A stretch of DNA of 32,000 nucleotides from Candidatus Karelsulcia muelleri. Lineage in GTDB: Bacteria > Bacteroidota > Bacteroidia > Flavobacteriales > Blattabacteriaceae. The notes beneath the pieces were generated by a model. It saw only the letters and a program-made list of their open reading frames with translations, searched no databases and was not told the DNA's origin. Below, in pieces: positions 1-9,828 of this stretch. The stretch lies in contig NZ_CP094965.1 of assembly GCF_022985615.1 (NCBI RefSeq), positions 1 through 32,000 on the forward strand, read 5' to 3'. Positions within the stretch are counted from its first letter, which is position 1. Each line of letters opens with the position of its first letter. A program made the translations under genes and the position numbers.

Positions 1-693
1 ATGATTTTCTTTTCTTCTTTTGGACGACGAACGATGAACGACTTGAATAAGCCTCTTGGGTTTTTCCAAGATTCTATTTTCCAAGATTATAAATTCTTAG
101 ATAGGCTCCAAAAAGAAATATTGGATATAAAAATGAAAGATTTTAATAAAAAATATAATTTTATTATTTGTGCTGAACATAATCATGTTTATACTATTGG
201 TAGAAATAGTAAATTTACTAATTTATTAATGTTTTCTAACACATATAAAACAATACCAATATTAAAAGTAGATAGAGGTGGAGATGTTACTTATCATGGA
301 TCTGGACAACTGGTCTGTTATTTGATTTTAGATCTTTTTTTATTTAATTATGATATTAATCTTTTATTACGTTTTATTGAAAATATTATTATTTATATTT
401 TATTAAAATATAAAATCCTTAGCTTTAGAATCATCAATCAAGCTGGAATCTTTGATTACTGTCATTTTAAAAAAATATGTTCTATTGGTCTTAAAATAAG
501 AAATTATATTACTAGGCATGGATTTTCTTTAAATATTAATAATAATTTAAATTATTATAATTATATTAGACCATGTGGTATTAATAAATATGGAATAACA
601 TCACTTTATACAGAAAATAATTTTTCTTTTTATATAAAAATTAAATCTTTATTAAATAATATACTTTCTTCTTTTTTTAATTTAATTTATTAA
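1..693 (+). CDS. lipB: Octanoyl-[acyl-carrier-protein]:protein N-octanoyltransferase LipB (ATG at 34 is an alternative start; gene may extend upstream of window)
   Basis: Motifs HNHVYTIGRNSK, DRGGDVTYHGSGQLVCYLILDL, KICSIGLKIRNYITRHGFSLNI and PCGI with the expected Lys and Cys. Confidence 0.93.
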   Translation: MIFFSSFGRRTMNDLNKPLGFFQDSIFQDYKFLDRLQKEILDIKMKDFNKKYNFIICAEHNHVYTIGRNSKFTNLLMFSNTYKTIPILKVDRGGDVTYHGSGQLVCYLILDLFLFNYDINLLLRFIENIIIYILLKYKILSFRIINQAGIFDYCHFKKICSIGLKIRNYITRHGFSLNINNNLNYYNYIRPCGINKYGITSLYTENNFSFYIKIKSLLNNILSSFFNLIY

Positions 694-727
694 TTTTCAT
701 ATAAAAATATATGAAGTTTATAAGTTG

Positions 728-3319
728 ATGAATTCAATAAAAAATTCAATAAAAATAGAAAAAGAATATAATTTTATTAAAAATGATAAAATCATATACA
801 ATTACTGGGAAAAAAATAAATACTTTAATTCTCTTCCTGATAATCGTTTATCTTATGTAGTTATAATGCCACCACCTAATATTACTGGTGTACTTCATAT
901 GGGACATATATTAAACAATACAATACAAGACGTATTAACAAGAAAAGCACGATTAGAAGGCTTTAATACCTGTTGGGTCCCAGGACTAGATCATGCTTCA
1001 ATAGCTACAGAACATAAACTAATAACTGAATTAAAAAAAAAAGGAATATCTAAAGAAAAAATAGGTCTTAAAAGATTTTTAAAAATAGCAACTAAATGGA
1101 AAATAAAATATAGTAAAACTATTATTAAACAATTAAAAAAAATTGGCTGTTCTTGTGATTGGCAAAGATTAAAATTTTCTCTAGATGATAATTTCTCTAA
1201 ATCAGTAAATAAAATTTTTATAACCTTATATAAGGATGGATACTTATATAAAAAGTATGGAATAGTTAATTGGGATACTAAAACTCAAACAGCTCTTTCA
1301 AATGAAGAAATTCAGTATAAAATGTGTCGAGTAAAATTGTATTATATAAAATATCATATCCAAAATGATAATAATTATATTATAGTAGCTACAAGAAGAC
1401 CTGAAACTATTTTCGCTGATACTGCTTTATGTGTTAATCCAACTGATAAAAGATATCTAAAATATATAAATAAAAAAGTAATAGTACCAATTTCTTCTAA
1501 AGAAATTCCTATTATAGCAGATAATTATGTAGATAAAAAATTTGGTTCTGGATGTGTAAAAATCACTCCAGCTCATGATTACAATGATAAATTAATTGCT
1601 GAAAGGCATAACTTAGAAATTATTAATTTGATTGATAAAAATGGAAAACTTAATAAGTCTGGATTAGATTTTGCTGGTAAAAGTGTAAAAAAGGCTCGAA
1701 TAAAAATTATAGAGTTCTTAAAAAAAAAGAATTATTTACTTAAAATTAAAGAATATAATTCACAAATTGGTTATTCAGAAAGATCTAATACTGAAGTAGA
1801 ACAATTATTATCTTCTCAATGGTTTTTAAAAATGAATTTATTAGTTAAAAAAGCTTTACATAATATTCATCAAAAAGATATAATCAAATTATATCCTAAA
1901 AAAATTAAAAAGAAAATAAAAGATTGGTTTATCAATCTTAAAGATTGGAATATTTCTAGACAATTATGGTGGGGACATAGAATTCCTGAATGTTGTAAAA
2001 CCGATAAAAAAGTTGAGGTATTAGACACTTGGTTTTCTGCTTGGATTTGGCCAATAGTAATTTTTAATGGAATAATGAATAATAATTATAATAATAATAA
2101 TAATTATAATAATAATAATAATTATGAATTACAATATTATTATCCTATTACAGAATTAGTTACTGGTGATGATATTTTATTTTTTTGGGTTATAAGAATG
2201 ATCATTGCTGGTTTTTTTTTTATTAAAAAAAAACCTTTTAAGAATATTTATTTTAATGGAATAGTCAAAGATAGTAATAGATTAAAAATGTCTAAATCTT
2301 TAGGTAATTCTCCTAATATAAATAAAATTTTTAATAAATATGGAGCAGATTCGGTTAGATGTGGAATTTTGATTATGGCACCTATTGGGAAAGATATGGT
2401 ATTTAATCCTGAGACTTTCTTAATAGGAAACAAGATTAAAAATAAAATTTGGAATGCTTTTAAGTTAATACTTACATTTAATATAACTCCCCAAAAAAAT
2501 AATATAGAAATTAATAATTATCTTTTTTCATGGATAAAAAATAAATTCTATTTATTAGTAAAACTAATAAATAAATTATTTAAAAAATATAAACTTAGCA
2601 AAGTATTAATTATAATTTCTACTTTTTTTAAGAAAGATTTTTGTTCACTTTTTTTAGAAAGTACCAAAAGAGTTAATTCATATAAATTAACATATTCTTT
2701 TTTAAAAAAAATATCTAAATTATTTAGAAATATACTAATTATTTTCCATCCTTTTATTCCCTTTATGACTGAATATATTTGGAGTATATTAAAACTTAAA
2801 AATAATATTTTCCATAATAAAAAACCTTTATTAATTCAAAAATGGCCTACTGAAAAAAAGTTAAATATAAATATACTTAATGAATTTAAAAGAATTAATA
2901 AAATTATTTTACAAATAAGAAAATTTAGAGAGATATATAAAGTATCAAAAAAACTAAAACTTTTAGTTGTTTGTAAGAAAAAATACAATAAAATTAAAAA
3001 CAATATTTTAATTTTATTAGGTAATCTAAAAAGTATTAAATGTTTAAAAAAAAATAAGAATTCTAATAAATATTATACTTTTATATTAGATGATGAAATA
3101 TATTTAATTAAAAGACCTAAAGAAATATTTGATAGAAAAAAAATAAAACATGAATTATCATATTATAAAAATTACTTAGATAAGATTATTTTAAAGTTAA
3201 AAAATTCAAGCTTTTTGAAAAAAGCCCCCCAAAAAATCATAAATTTAGAAAAACAAAAAAAAAGGTATTGTCTTAATAAGATTAATTTATTAAAATTTAA
3301 CCTGACAAGTATTAAGTAA
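728..3319 (+). CDS. valS: Valyl-tRNA synthetase
   Basis: HIGH-like motif PPPNITGVLHMGHILNNTIQD, LVTGDDILFFWVIRMI, KMSKS motif RLKMSKSLGNSPN. The ORF track starts at TTG 725; ATG at 728 preferred. Confidence 0.96.
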   Translation: MNSIKNSIKIEKEYNFIKNDKIIYNYWEKNKYFNSLPDNRLSYVVIMPPPNITGVLHMGHILNNTIQDVLTRKARLEGFNTCWVPGLDHASIATEHKLITELKKKGISKEKIGLKRFLKIATKWKIKYSKTIIKQLKKIGCSCDWQRLKFSLDDNFSKSVNKIFITLYKDGYLYKKYGIVNWDTKTQTALSNEEIQYKMCRVKLYYIKYHIQNDNNYIIVATRRPETIFADTALCVNPTDKRYLKYINKKVIVPISSKEIPIIADNYVDKKFGSGCVKITPAHDYNDKLIAERHNLEIINLIDKNGKLNKSGLDFAGKSVKKARIKIIEFLKKKNYLLKIKEYNSQIGYSERSNTEVEQLLSSQWFLKMNLLVKKALHNIHQKDIIKLYPKKIKKKIKDWFINLKDWNISRQLWWGHRIPECCKTDKKVEVLDTWFSAWIWPIVIFNGIMNNNYNNNNNYNNNNNYELQYYYPITELVTGDDILFFWVIRMIIAGFFFIKKKPFKNIYFNGIVKDSNRLKMSKSLGNSPNINKIFNKYGADSVRCGILIMAPIGKDMVFNPETFLIGNKIKNKIWNAFKLILTFNITPQKNNIEINNYLFSWIKNKFYLLVKLINKLFKKYKLSKVLIIISTFFKKDFCSLFLESTKRVNSYKLTYSFLKKISKLFRNILIIFHPFIPFMTEYIWSILKLKNNIFHNKKPLLIQKWPTEKKLNINILNEFKRINKIILQIRKFREIYKVSKKLKLLVVCKKKYNKIKNNILILLGNLKSIKCLKKNKNSNKYYTFILDDEIYLIKRPKEIFDRKKIKHELSYYKNYLDKIILKLKNSSFLKKAPQKIINLEKQKKRYCLNKINLLKFNLTSIK
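2077..2124 (+). repeat. In-frame AAT/TAT trinucleotide-type repeat in valS encoding NNNYNNNNNYNNNNNY
   Basis: Read directly: (aat)n interrupted by tat codons between WPIVIFNGIMN and ELQYYYPITELVTGDD. Confidence 0.85.
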
Positions 3320-3329
3320 TTAAGTATTA

Positions 3330-3466
3330 AGTTATAAAATAATTAAGTGATAATACTAATACTAAGAAAGTGATAGTGATAATACTAAGAAAGTGATAAT
3401 ACTAATACTAAGACTAAGACTAAGAATGCATAATAAAAACTAAGACTAAGAATGCATAATAAAAAC
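3330..3466 (+). repeat. Tandem repeats between valS and rsfS, including an exact 26-bp duplication (3415-3440 and 3441-3466) spanning the rsfS start codon
   Basis: taagactaagaatgcataataaaaac occurs twice head-to-tail; upstream aagtgataatactaatactaagaaagtgat-type repeats. Confidence 0.9.
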
Positions 3467-3784
3467 TTTTTATTAAAATCTATATTGGAAATAATGGAAA
3501 AAAATTCTGGAGAAGAAATTACTTTATTAAATTTTTATAAAAAAAAAAACAGAATATATGATTATTTTATAATTTGTAATGGTAGATCGAATAAACATGT
3601 TTTTTCACTTTATGAAAAAATAAAAGAAAATACATCTCCCAGTCATACAGAAGGGATAAGAAAAAGTAAATGGATATTAATGGATTATATAAATATAATA
3701 GTACATATTTTTTTAAAAGAAATAAGAAATTATTATCAAATTGAAAAAATCTATCAAGGGCTTCATATTTTATCTTATGAATAA
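3452..3784 (+). CDS. rsfS: Ribosomal silencing factor RsfS (Iojap/YbeB family)
   Basis: YDYFIICNGRSNKHV, KSKWILMDYINIIVHIFLKEIRNYYQIEKIY. Confidence 0.88.
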   Translation: MHNKNFLLKSILEIMEKNSGEEITLLNFYKKKNRIYDYFIICNGRSNKHVFSLYEKIKENTSPSHTEGIRKSKWILMDYINIIVHIFLKEIRNYYQIEKIYQGLHILSYE

Positions 3785-4025
3785 AAAAATGTTTTATGAG
3801 GTGTACTATTTATAATTATATTAATAAAATATATTACTTAGAATAAAATATATAAAATAAAAACCTTATTACTTAAAAATAAAAATAATAAGGTATATAA
3901 AAACGACCAATCATATTAAAATAGGAGATTTTATGTTTTTTAGTCAAAAACTATAATATTATGAAAATATAAATTATCTAAGATTCTAAAAAAGAATATA
4001 TATAAATATTGTATAATAATAAAGA

Positions 4026-4066
4026 TATTTTAGAAAATCAAATATCAAATAAGATTTTCTAAAATA
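4026..4066. repeat. Perfect 14-bp inverted repeat, 13-nt loop
   Basis: TATTTTAGAAAATC (4026-4039) / GATTTTCTAAAATA (4053-4066). Confidence 0.85.
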
Positions 4067-4152
4067 ATATTTTCTGATTTATGATTTATAAGATTTAGAA
4101 AAAATATTAGTAAAAAAATTAATCCTAGTAATAAGATGGAATTTTTAAAAAA

Positions 4153-5262
4153 ATGAATTTTTCAATAAATTGTCATTATTTATTTAAAAGTTTAAAGTCA
4201 ATTTATAGTGTTATTAATCAAAATCATCATATCTCTATATTTACTTGTTTTATTTTAAATGTTAAAAATAATATGTTAAAAATTAAAGCCTCAGATTCAG
4301 AAATTTCTATTAAAACTACGTTAAAAGTATTTAGTAAACAAAAAGGGAAAGCAGCAGTTCCGGCTAAATTATTAATGGATATATTAAAACATATACCTGA
4401 ACAGCCATTAAAAATAAAAAAAAGAAATTTTAATCAAATAAGAATTATTTCATTTAAAGGAAATTACGATATATCTCTTTTAAATCACGAACTTTTTCCA
4501 AAATATAAGAAAATAAAAAGAACACAAGTTTGTGTTCTTAACAAAAAAACAATAATAAATATTATTGATAACACTTTATTTGCTGTAGGTAATGATGATC
4601 TTAGACCAGTAATTAATGGTGTTTGTTTTGAAATAAAGAAAAAAAAAGGTATTTTTGTTGCAACAAATAATAATATATTAGCAAAATATTCTATTAATAG
4701 TATTAATACTAAAGCAGAAATGAAGTTTATAATTCCTAAAAAAACTTTATTAGTCTTAAAAAAAAACTTTAACAATAAAACCAATATAATTAAAATTCAA
4801 TATAATAAATATAATACATATTTTATATTTACTAATAATATAATTATTACATCTTTAATTAAAGGAAAATTTCCAAATTATAAGAAAATACTGCCACTAT
4901 ATAATAAAAAGAACAAATTAAGAATTGCTATGAAAGAATTTAAAACTTCAATTAAAAGAATTAATTTATTTTCTAACAAAATAGATAATAAAATAAATTT
5001 TAGTTTATCTAAAAACAAATCTATAATATATGCAGAAAATAAAGATTCAAGTAATAAGGGGTATGAAGAATTAGTTTGTAAATATTTTGGAGAAAATTTA
5101 GAAATTAGTTTCAAATATAATGATTTAATAGAAGGATTATATAATTTAAAATGCGAAGAAATTGAAATAAAACTTCAAGAAAGATATAGTCCAGCATTAA
5201 TAAGGCCAATATCTTCTTTGGAAACAGAAAAGAGTTTTCGCTTAATTGTTCCTTTAAGTTAA
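4153..5262 (+). CDS. dnaN: DNA polymerase III beta subunit (sliding clamp)
   Basis: AAVPAKLLMDILKHIPEQPL, FAVGNDDLRPVINGVCFEI, ALIRPI near the C-terminus. Confidence 0.93.
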   Translation: MNFSINCHYLFKSLKSIYSVINQNHHISIFTCFILNVKNNMLKIKASDSEISIKTTLKVFSKQKGKAAVPAKLLMDILKHIPEQPLKIKKRNFNQIRIISFKGNYDISLLNHELFPKYKKIKRTQVCVLNKKTIINIIDNTLFAVGNDDLRPVINGVCFEIKKKKGIFVATNNNILAKYSINSINTKAEMKFIIPKKTLLVLKKNFNNKTNIIKIQYNKYNTYFIFTNNIIITSLIKGKFPNYKKILPLYNKKNKLRIAMKEFKTSIKRINLFSNKIDNKINFSLSKNKSIIYAENKDSSNKGYEELVCKYFGENLEISFKYNDLIEGLYNLKCEEIEIKLQERYSPALIRPISSLETEKSFRLIVPLS

Positions 5263-5308
5263 AAGATATATTTATAGTTGCTAATATAACAAAAATATAA
5301 TTCATTAA

Positions 5309-6430
5309 ATGAATTTTGAAAGAGGTGAAAGTAGTCTTTTTGTAATAAAGAAGAAAAATGAAGATTTAAAAAATCAAATTAAATCAAAAGAAAAAATAAA
5401 AATTATAAAATTATATAGTTATACTATCCCTAAATTAGAAAAATATGATCTTAAAAAAGGAAGAATATTAAAAATAAAAGCTAAGATAATACTAATTGAT
5501 ATCGGGTTTAAATATGATTGTATATTATCAAAAAAGGAATTACAAATACTAAAAATTAATCCTAGAATTAACGAATTAATAGATGTAATTGTAGAAAAAT
5601 TAGATTATAAAGGTAAATGTTTTTTATCCTATATAAAAGCCAATAAAATTAAATCATGGAATCGCATAAAGACTGCATATAGAAAAAATGAACTAGTATC
5701 TTTTTTAGTATTATCTAGAACAAAAGGAGGACTGATTGTATCATTATATAATATAGACTGTTTTTTACCTGGCTCCCAAATAGAATATAAAAAAGTTACC
5801 AATTTTGATTATTATGTAGGGAAAATATTGATAGGGAAAATAGTAAAAATTAATAAAACCACTAAAAATATTGTAGTTTCTCATAAGATAATTATAGAAA
5901 AACAAAATATAAAAAGAAAAGCTTTAATTATTAGTAATTTAAATAAAGGAATAATAGTTGAAGGAGTAGTAAAAAATATAACCAATTATGGAGGTTTCGT
6001 TGATTTAGGATGTAGTTTAGATGGATTATGTCATATATCAGATATAAGTTGGAAGCGTATTAAACATCCAGTAGAAAAAATAAATTTGGGAGAAAGAAGA
6101 AATTTTTTAATCTTATCAGTAGATAGACATAGAAAAAGAGTACAATTAGGTATTAAACAAATGATAATTGATAATTGGAAAAGTGTGATAAAAAAGATTT
6201 TTGTTTCTGGAAAAATAATAAAAGGAAAAATTAACTTTTTAATAAATTTTGGTATTTTAGTAGAAATATACCCATGTTTTGAAGGTTTATTACACAAAAA
6301 AGAGGAATTTAAATTCCATTATAAAATATACCCGAAAAAAATGTTTAAAATTGGGAATGTAATAAATATATTAATATTAGGTTCAAAATTAAAACATAAA
6401 AAAATTTATTTTAGTTTTAAGATTATTTAA
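5309..6430 (+). CDS. rpsA: 30S ribosomal protein S1, shortened (about four S1 repeats)
   Basis: Repeated S1 RNA-binding domains, e.g. KGIIVEGVVKNITNYGGFVDLGCSLDGLCHISDISW and GKIIKGKINFLINFGILVEIYPCFEGLLHKKE. Confidence 0.88.
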   Translation: MNFERGESSLFVIKKKNEDLKNQIKSKEKIKIIKLYSYTIPKLEKYDLKKGRILKIKAKIILIDIGFKYDCILSKKELQILKINPRINELIDVIVEKLDYKGKCFLSYIKANKIKSWNRIKTAYRKNELVSFLVLSRTKGGLIVSLYNIDCFLPGSQIEYKKVTNFDYYVGKILIGKIVKINKTTKNIVVSHKIIIEKQNIKRKALIISNLNKGIIVEGVVKNITNYGGFVDLGCSLDGLCHISDISWKRIKHPVEKINLGERRNFLILSVDRHRKRVQLGIKQMIIDNWKSVIKKIFVSGKIIKGKINFLINFGILVEIYPCFEGLLHKKEEFKFHYKIYPKKMFKIGNVINILILGSKLKHKKIYFSFKII

Positions 6431-6446
6431 AAAAAGACGTCTAGAA

Positions 6447-6484
6447 ATTAATAGTATAGCAGATAATTAATAGTATAGCAGATT
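6447..6484. repeat. 19-bp tandem duplication at the rpsA/rho 3' junction
   Basis: aattaatagtatagcagat occurs twice (6447-6465, 6466-6484); second copy runs into the rho stop codon. Confidence 0.9.
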
Positions 6485-7664
6485 AATTTTTTATTTTTTT
6501 ATACATCAATTTTATAAAATCATCATTATTAGCTGTCTGTCGAAGATTTTCTCTAATATTCTTAATAGCATCTGAAGGAGACCGAGCAGTTAAAAAAAGG
6601 TTTCTTTTTATAATCCAAACTGCTTCTAAAGTCTTTAAATCAATTAACAAATTATCTTTCCGAGTACTAGATTTTAATAAATTAATCGCTGGAAATATTC
6701 TTTTATTAGCAATTTTTCGATCTAATTGTAGTTCTAGATTACCTGTTCCCTTAAATTCTTCAAAAATTATTTCATCCATTTTGGAACCAGTTTTTATTAT
6801 TGCAGTAGCTAAGATTGATAATGATCCACCACCTTCAATATTTCTAGCAGCTCCAAAAAATTTTTTGGGTTTATGTAGAGCTTTAGCTTCTACTCCTCCT
6901 GATAAGACCTTTCCAGAAGATGGTGTTAGGGTATTATATGCCCTAGCTAATCTAGTAATGGAATCTAATAATAAAACCACATCATGTCCACATTCAACTA
7001 ATCTTTTAGATTTATTTAAAACTAAATTAGCAATTTTAACATGTTTTTGGTAAGGTTCATCGAAAGTGGAAGAAATAACTTCACAATTAACATTTCTTTT
7101 AATATCAGTTACTTCTTCTGGTCTTTCATCTATTAAAAGAATTATTAAATATACTTCCGGATGATTAAATGAGATAGTATTAGCTATCTCTTTTAATAAA
7201 GTAGTCTTACCTGTTTTAGGTGGAGCAACAATCATTCCTCTTTGTCCTTTTCCAATTGGGACAAAAAGATCAATTATTCTAGTTGAATAAGTACTTAATC
7301 TCCCAGAAATTTTAAATTTTTCATTAGGATATAAAGGGGTTAAAAATTTAAAAGATACTCTATTAATTAATAATAAAGGCTTCCTTCCATTTATTCGGAA
7401 AATTCTTTTTAAAGAAAAATATCTTTCCCATTTTTTTGGAAATCTGATTAATCCTTTTATTGTATCGCCATTTTTTAAATAAAAAGACTTAATTTGTGTA
7501 TAAGTTATGTATACATCCTCATTAGAAGATAAATAATTAAACTTAGAAGATCTCAAAAAACCAAAGTTTTTATTTACTATTTCTAATACTCCTTCACAAA
7601 CTATCAAATTTCTTTTGATTCTATATTTTCTTTTTTTTTTATTTGGGTATTTTAACAAGTTCAA
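6483..7664 (-). CDS. rho: Transcription termination factor Rho (apparent TTG start)
   Basis: PIGKGQRGMIVAPPKTGKTTLLKEIA (Walker A), DSITRLARAYN, SGGVEAKALHKPKKFFGAARNIEGGGSLSILATAIIKTGSKMDEIIFEEFKGTGN. Confidence 0.95.
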   Translation of the reverse strand: MNLLKYPNKKKRKYRIKRNLIVCEGVLEIVNKNFGFLRSSKFNYLSSNEDVYITYTQIKSFYLKNGDTIKGLIRFPKKWERYFSLKRIFRINGRKPLLLINRVSFKFLTPLYPNEKFKISGRLSTYSTRIIDLFVPIGKGQRGMIVAPPKTGKTTLLKEIANTISFNHPEVYLIILLIDERPEEVTDIKRNVNCEVISSTFDEPYQKHVKIANLVLNKSKRLVECGHDVVLLLDSITRLARAYNTLTPSSGKVLSGGVEAKALHKPKKFFGAARNIEGGGSLSILATAIIKTGSKMDEIIFEEFKGTGNLELQLDRKIANKRIFPAINLLKSSTRKDNLLIDLKTLEAVWIIKRNLFLTARSPSDAIKNIRENLRQTANNDDFIKLMYKKIKN

Positions 7665-7689
7665 TCTATTTATTTTATATAAAATTTGT

Positions 7690-7916
7690 TAAGATTATAT
7701 AAATATAATATATAATTATTCTTAGAATTATAATTATTATTCTTATAATTATTATAATTATAATTCTAATTATTATAATAGAATAGAATTATTAGAATTA
7801 TTATAATAGAATTAGAAAGAATTAGAATTCTCATATAATAATAATAATCTAATAATCTCCTAATCTAATCTCCTAATCTCCTAATCTAATCTCATAATAT
7901 AATATCATATCATAAT
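7690..7916. repeat. AT-rich and CTCCTAAT-type simple repeats between rho and prfA
   Basis: attataattattattc..., ataatagaatagaatt..., then ctcctaatctcctaatctcctaatctaatctc. Confidence 0.8.
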
Positions 7917-8978
7917 ATGAATATCAAAACTTTAAAAAAAGTAAAAAAAATAAAAATCGAAATTAAAAAAAATAATGAATCTTTTTTATTGAACAATAAT
8001 TATAAAAAAAAGAATAAATATCTCTTTATTTTAAAAAGATATAAATTATATAATAATATAATGGATATATATAAACAATATAAAACTCAGAAAAATGATA
8101 TATTAGATTTAATAGAATTAGCTAGCGAATCTCAAGATGAACAATTATTAAAATCAATTAATTTAGAAATTAGTCTTTTAATTGAAAAAATAAAGAAGTC
8201 TTTAAAAAAAATAAAGAAGTCTTTAAAAGAAAAAGAAATAAATAAGAATAGTGCAATTATAGAGTTAAGAGCTGGAACAGGTGGAAATGAGGCATGTATA
8301 TTTGTTGAAGAAATTTTGAGGATGTATACTATGTATTTTAAAGAAGTTTCATGGAAATTTAAACTCTTAAATTATACCACTAATAGTTATAAAGGTTATA
8401 AAGAAGTTATAATTAAAATATATGGTAAAAATGTATATAATATTTTAAAATACGAATCTGGAGTACACCGTGTTCAAAGAATACCGGAAACTGAAGCCCA
8501 AGGTAGACTACATACTTCTGCTATTACTGTTGCAGTTTTACCAGAAATAAATAAAAAAATTAATATTTATCTTAATCCAGAAGAAATAAAAAGAGAGTCT
8601 TTTAGATCAAAAGGTGCTGGTGGACAAAATGTCAATAAAACTGAAACCGCAATTAGATTAACTCATTTACCAACTGGTATAATTGCCGAATGTCAAGAAG
8701 AACGTTCACAACATAAAAATTTAGAAAAAGCTATGAAAGTGTTAAAAGATAGAATCTTCAACTTAAAAATAAGTAAACAAATAAAAAAAATTTATACTAA
8801 AAGAAAACTTTTAATTTCTACTGGAGATAGATCGGTAAAAATTAGGACTTATAATTTTCATAAAGGTAGGGTAACAGATCACAGACTTAAAAAATCTTTT
8901 TATAATTTAGAAGAATTTATGAATGGAAAAATAGAAAATTTAATAAATTCGTTTAAATACTTAAAAAAAAAAGATTAA
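7917..8978 (+). CDS. prfA: Peptide chain release factor 1
   Basis: GGQ motif RSKGAGGQNVNKTETAIRLTHLPTG; PxT-type element in GVHRVQRIPETEAQGRLHTSA supports RF1 rather than RF2. Confidence 0.93.
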   Translation: MNIKTLKKVKKIKIEIKKNNESFLLNNNYKKKNKYLFILKRYKLYNNIMDIYKQYKTQKNDILDLIELASESQDEQLLKSINLEISLLIEKIKKSLKKIKKSLKEKEINKNSAIIELRAGTGGNEACIFVEEILRMYTMYFKEVSWKFKLLNYTTNSYKGYKEVIIKIYGKNVYNILKYESGVHRVQRIPETEAQGRLHTSAITVAVLPEINKKINIYLNPEEIKRESFRSKGAGGQNVNKTETAIRLTHLPTGIIAECQEERSQHKNLEKAMKVLKDRIFNLKISKQIKKIYTKRKLLISTGDRSVKIRTYNFHKGRVTDHRLKKSFYNLEEFMNGKIENLINSFKYLKKKD

Positions 8979-8983
8979 AAAGT

Positions 8984-9745
8984 ATGAAATCTGCTAAAAC
9001 TGCTAAAAACTTAGGACAGATTTTTTTGAGAGATAATAATATAGCAAAAAAAATAGTAAATGCTCTCTATTACAAAAAGACTAAAAAATCCATCAATGTG
9101 ATTGAGGTAGGACCAGGAAAAGGAATATTGACACAATATTTATTAGACTCAAATTTATTAATAATCGAAATAGATAGTCTATATGTTAATTTATTAAGGA
9201 AGAAATTTCCAAATTTAAAAAAAAGAATACTAAATGTAGATTTTCTAAAATTTAATCCATTGGATTTTAATTTGACCAATTTTATAATAATAGGAAATTT
9301 TCCATATAGTATATCTTCTCAAATATTATTTTATATACTTAAATATAAAGATTTTATATCAGAATGCATAGGAATGTTTCCTAAAAAAATAGGGGAGAGA
9401 ATAGTAAATAAAAAAAATCTAAGTGGATTAACAATTTTAATAAAAAGCTATTTTAAAACGAAATATCTATTTACAGTAAATAACTCAGTTTTTAGTCCTA
9501 AACCAAAAATAAAATCTGCTGTTATTAAAATAATAAAAAGAGAAAATAAAAAAAATATAAATTATTCTATTCTTCACAAAGTCGTAAAAACAGCCTTTAA
9601 CCAAAGAAGAAAAAAATTAAAAAATTCTTTGAAATATATCTTATTTCAAAAAAACTTTAGGAATAATCCCATTTTTCAAAAAAGAGTAGAACAATTGTCA
9701 GTAAAAGATTTTACTTATATTAGTAGAAAAGTAATTAGAAAATGA
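8984..9745 (+). CDS. rsmA: 16S rRNA (adenine1518/1519-N6) dimethyltransferase (KsgA)
   Basis: NLGQIFLRDNNIAKKIV, VIEVGPGKGILTQYLL, IIGNFPYSISSQILF; FNQRRKKLKNSL near the C-terminus. Confidence 0.93.
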   Translation: MKSAKTAKNLGQIFLRDNNIAKKIVNALYYKKTKKSINVIEVGPGKGILTQYLLDSNLLIIEIDSLYVNLLRKKFPNLKKRILNVDFLKFNPLDFNLTNFIIIGNFPYSISSQILFYILKYKDFISECIGMFPKKIGERIVNKKNLSGLTILIKSYFKTKYLFTVNNSVFSPKPKIKSAVIKIIKRENKKNINYSILHKVVKTAFNQRRKKLKNSLKYILFQKNFRNNPIFQKRVEQLSVKDFTYISRKVIRK

Positions 9746-9754
9746 TCTTGATCT

Positions 9755-9822
9755 TATCTAAGATCTAAGATATCTTAAGATCTAAGATATCTTAAGATCT
9801 AAGATATCTTAAGATATCTTAA
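9755..9822. repeat. Palindromic tandem repeat of TTAAGATCTAAGATATC units upstream of tRNA-fMet
   Basis: taagatctaagatatcttaagatctaagatatcttaagatctaagatatcttaagatatct read directly. Confidence 0.88.
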
Positions 9823-9828
9823 TATTCA

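Noticed and set aside
2248-2433. Minus-strand 61-aa ORF
   Set aside because: Antisense of conserved valS coding sequence with no independent support; the same applies to other minus-strand shadow ORFs in dnaN, rpsA, mnmE and dnaE.
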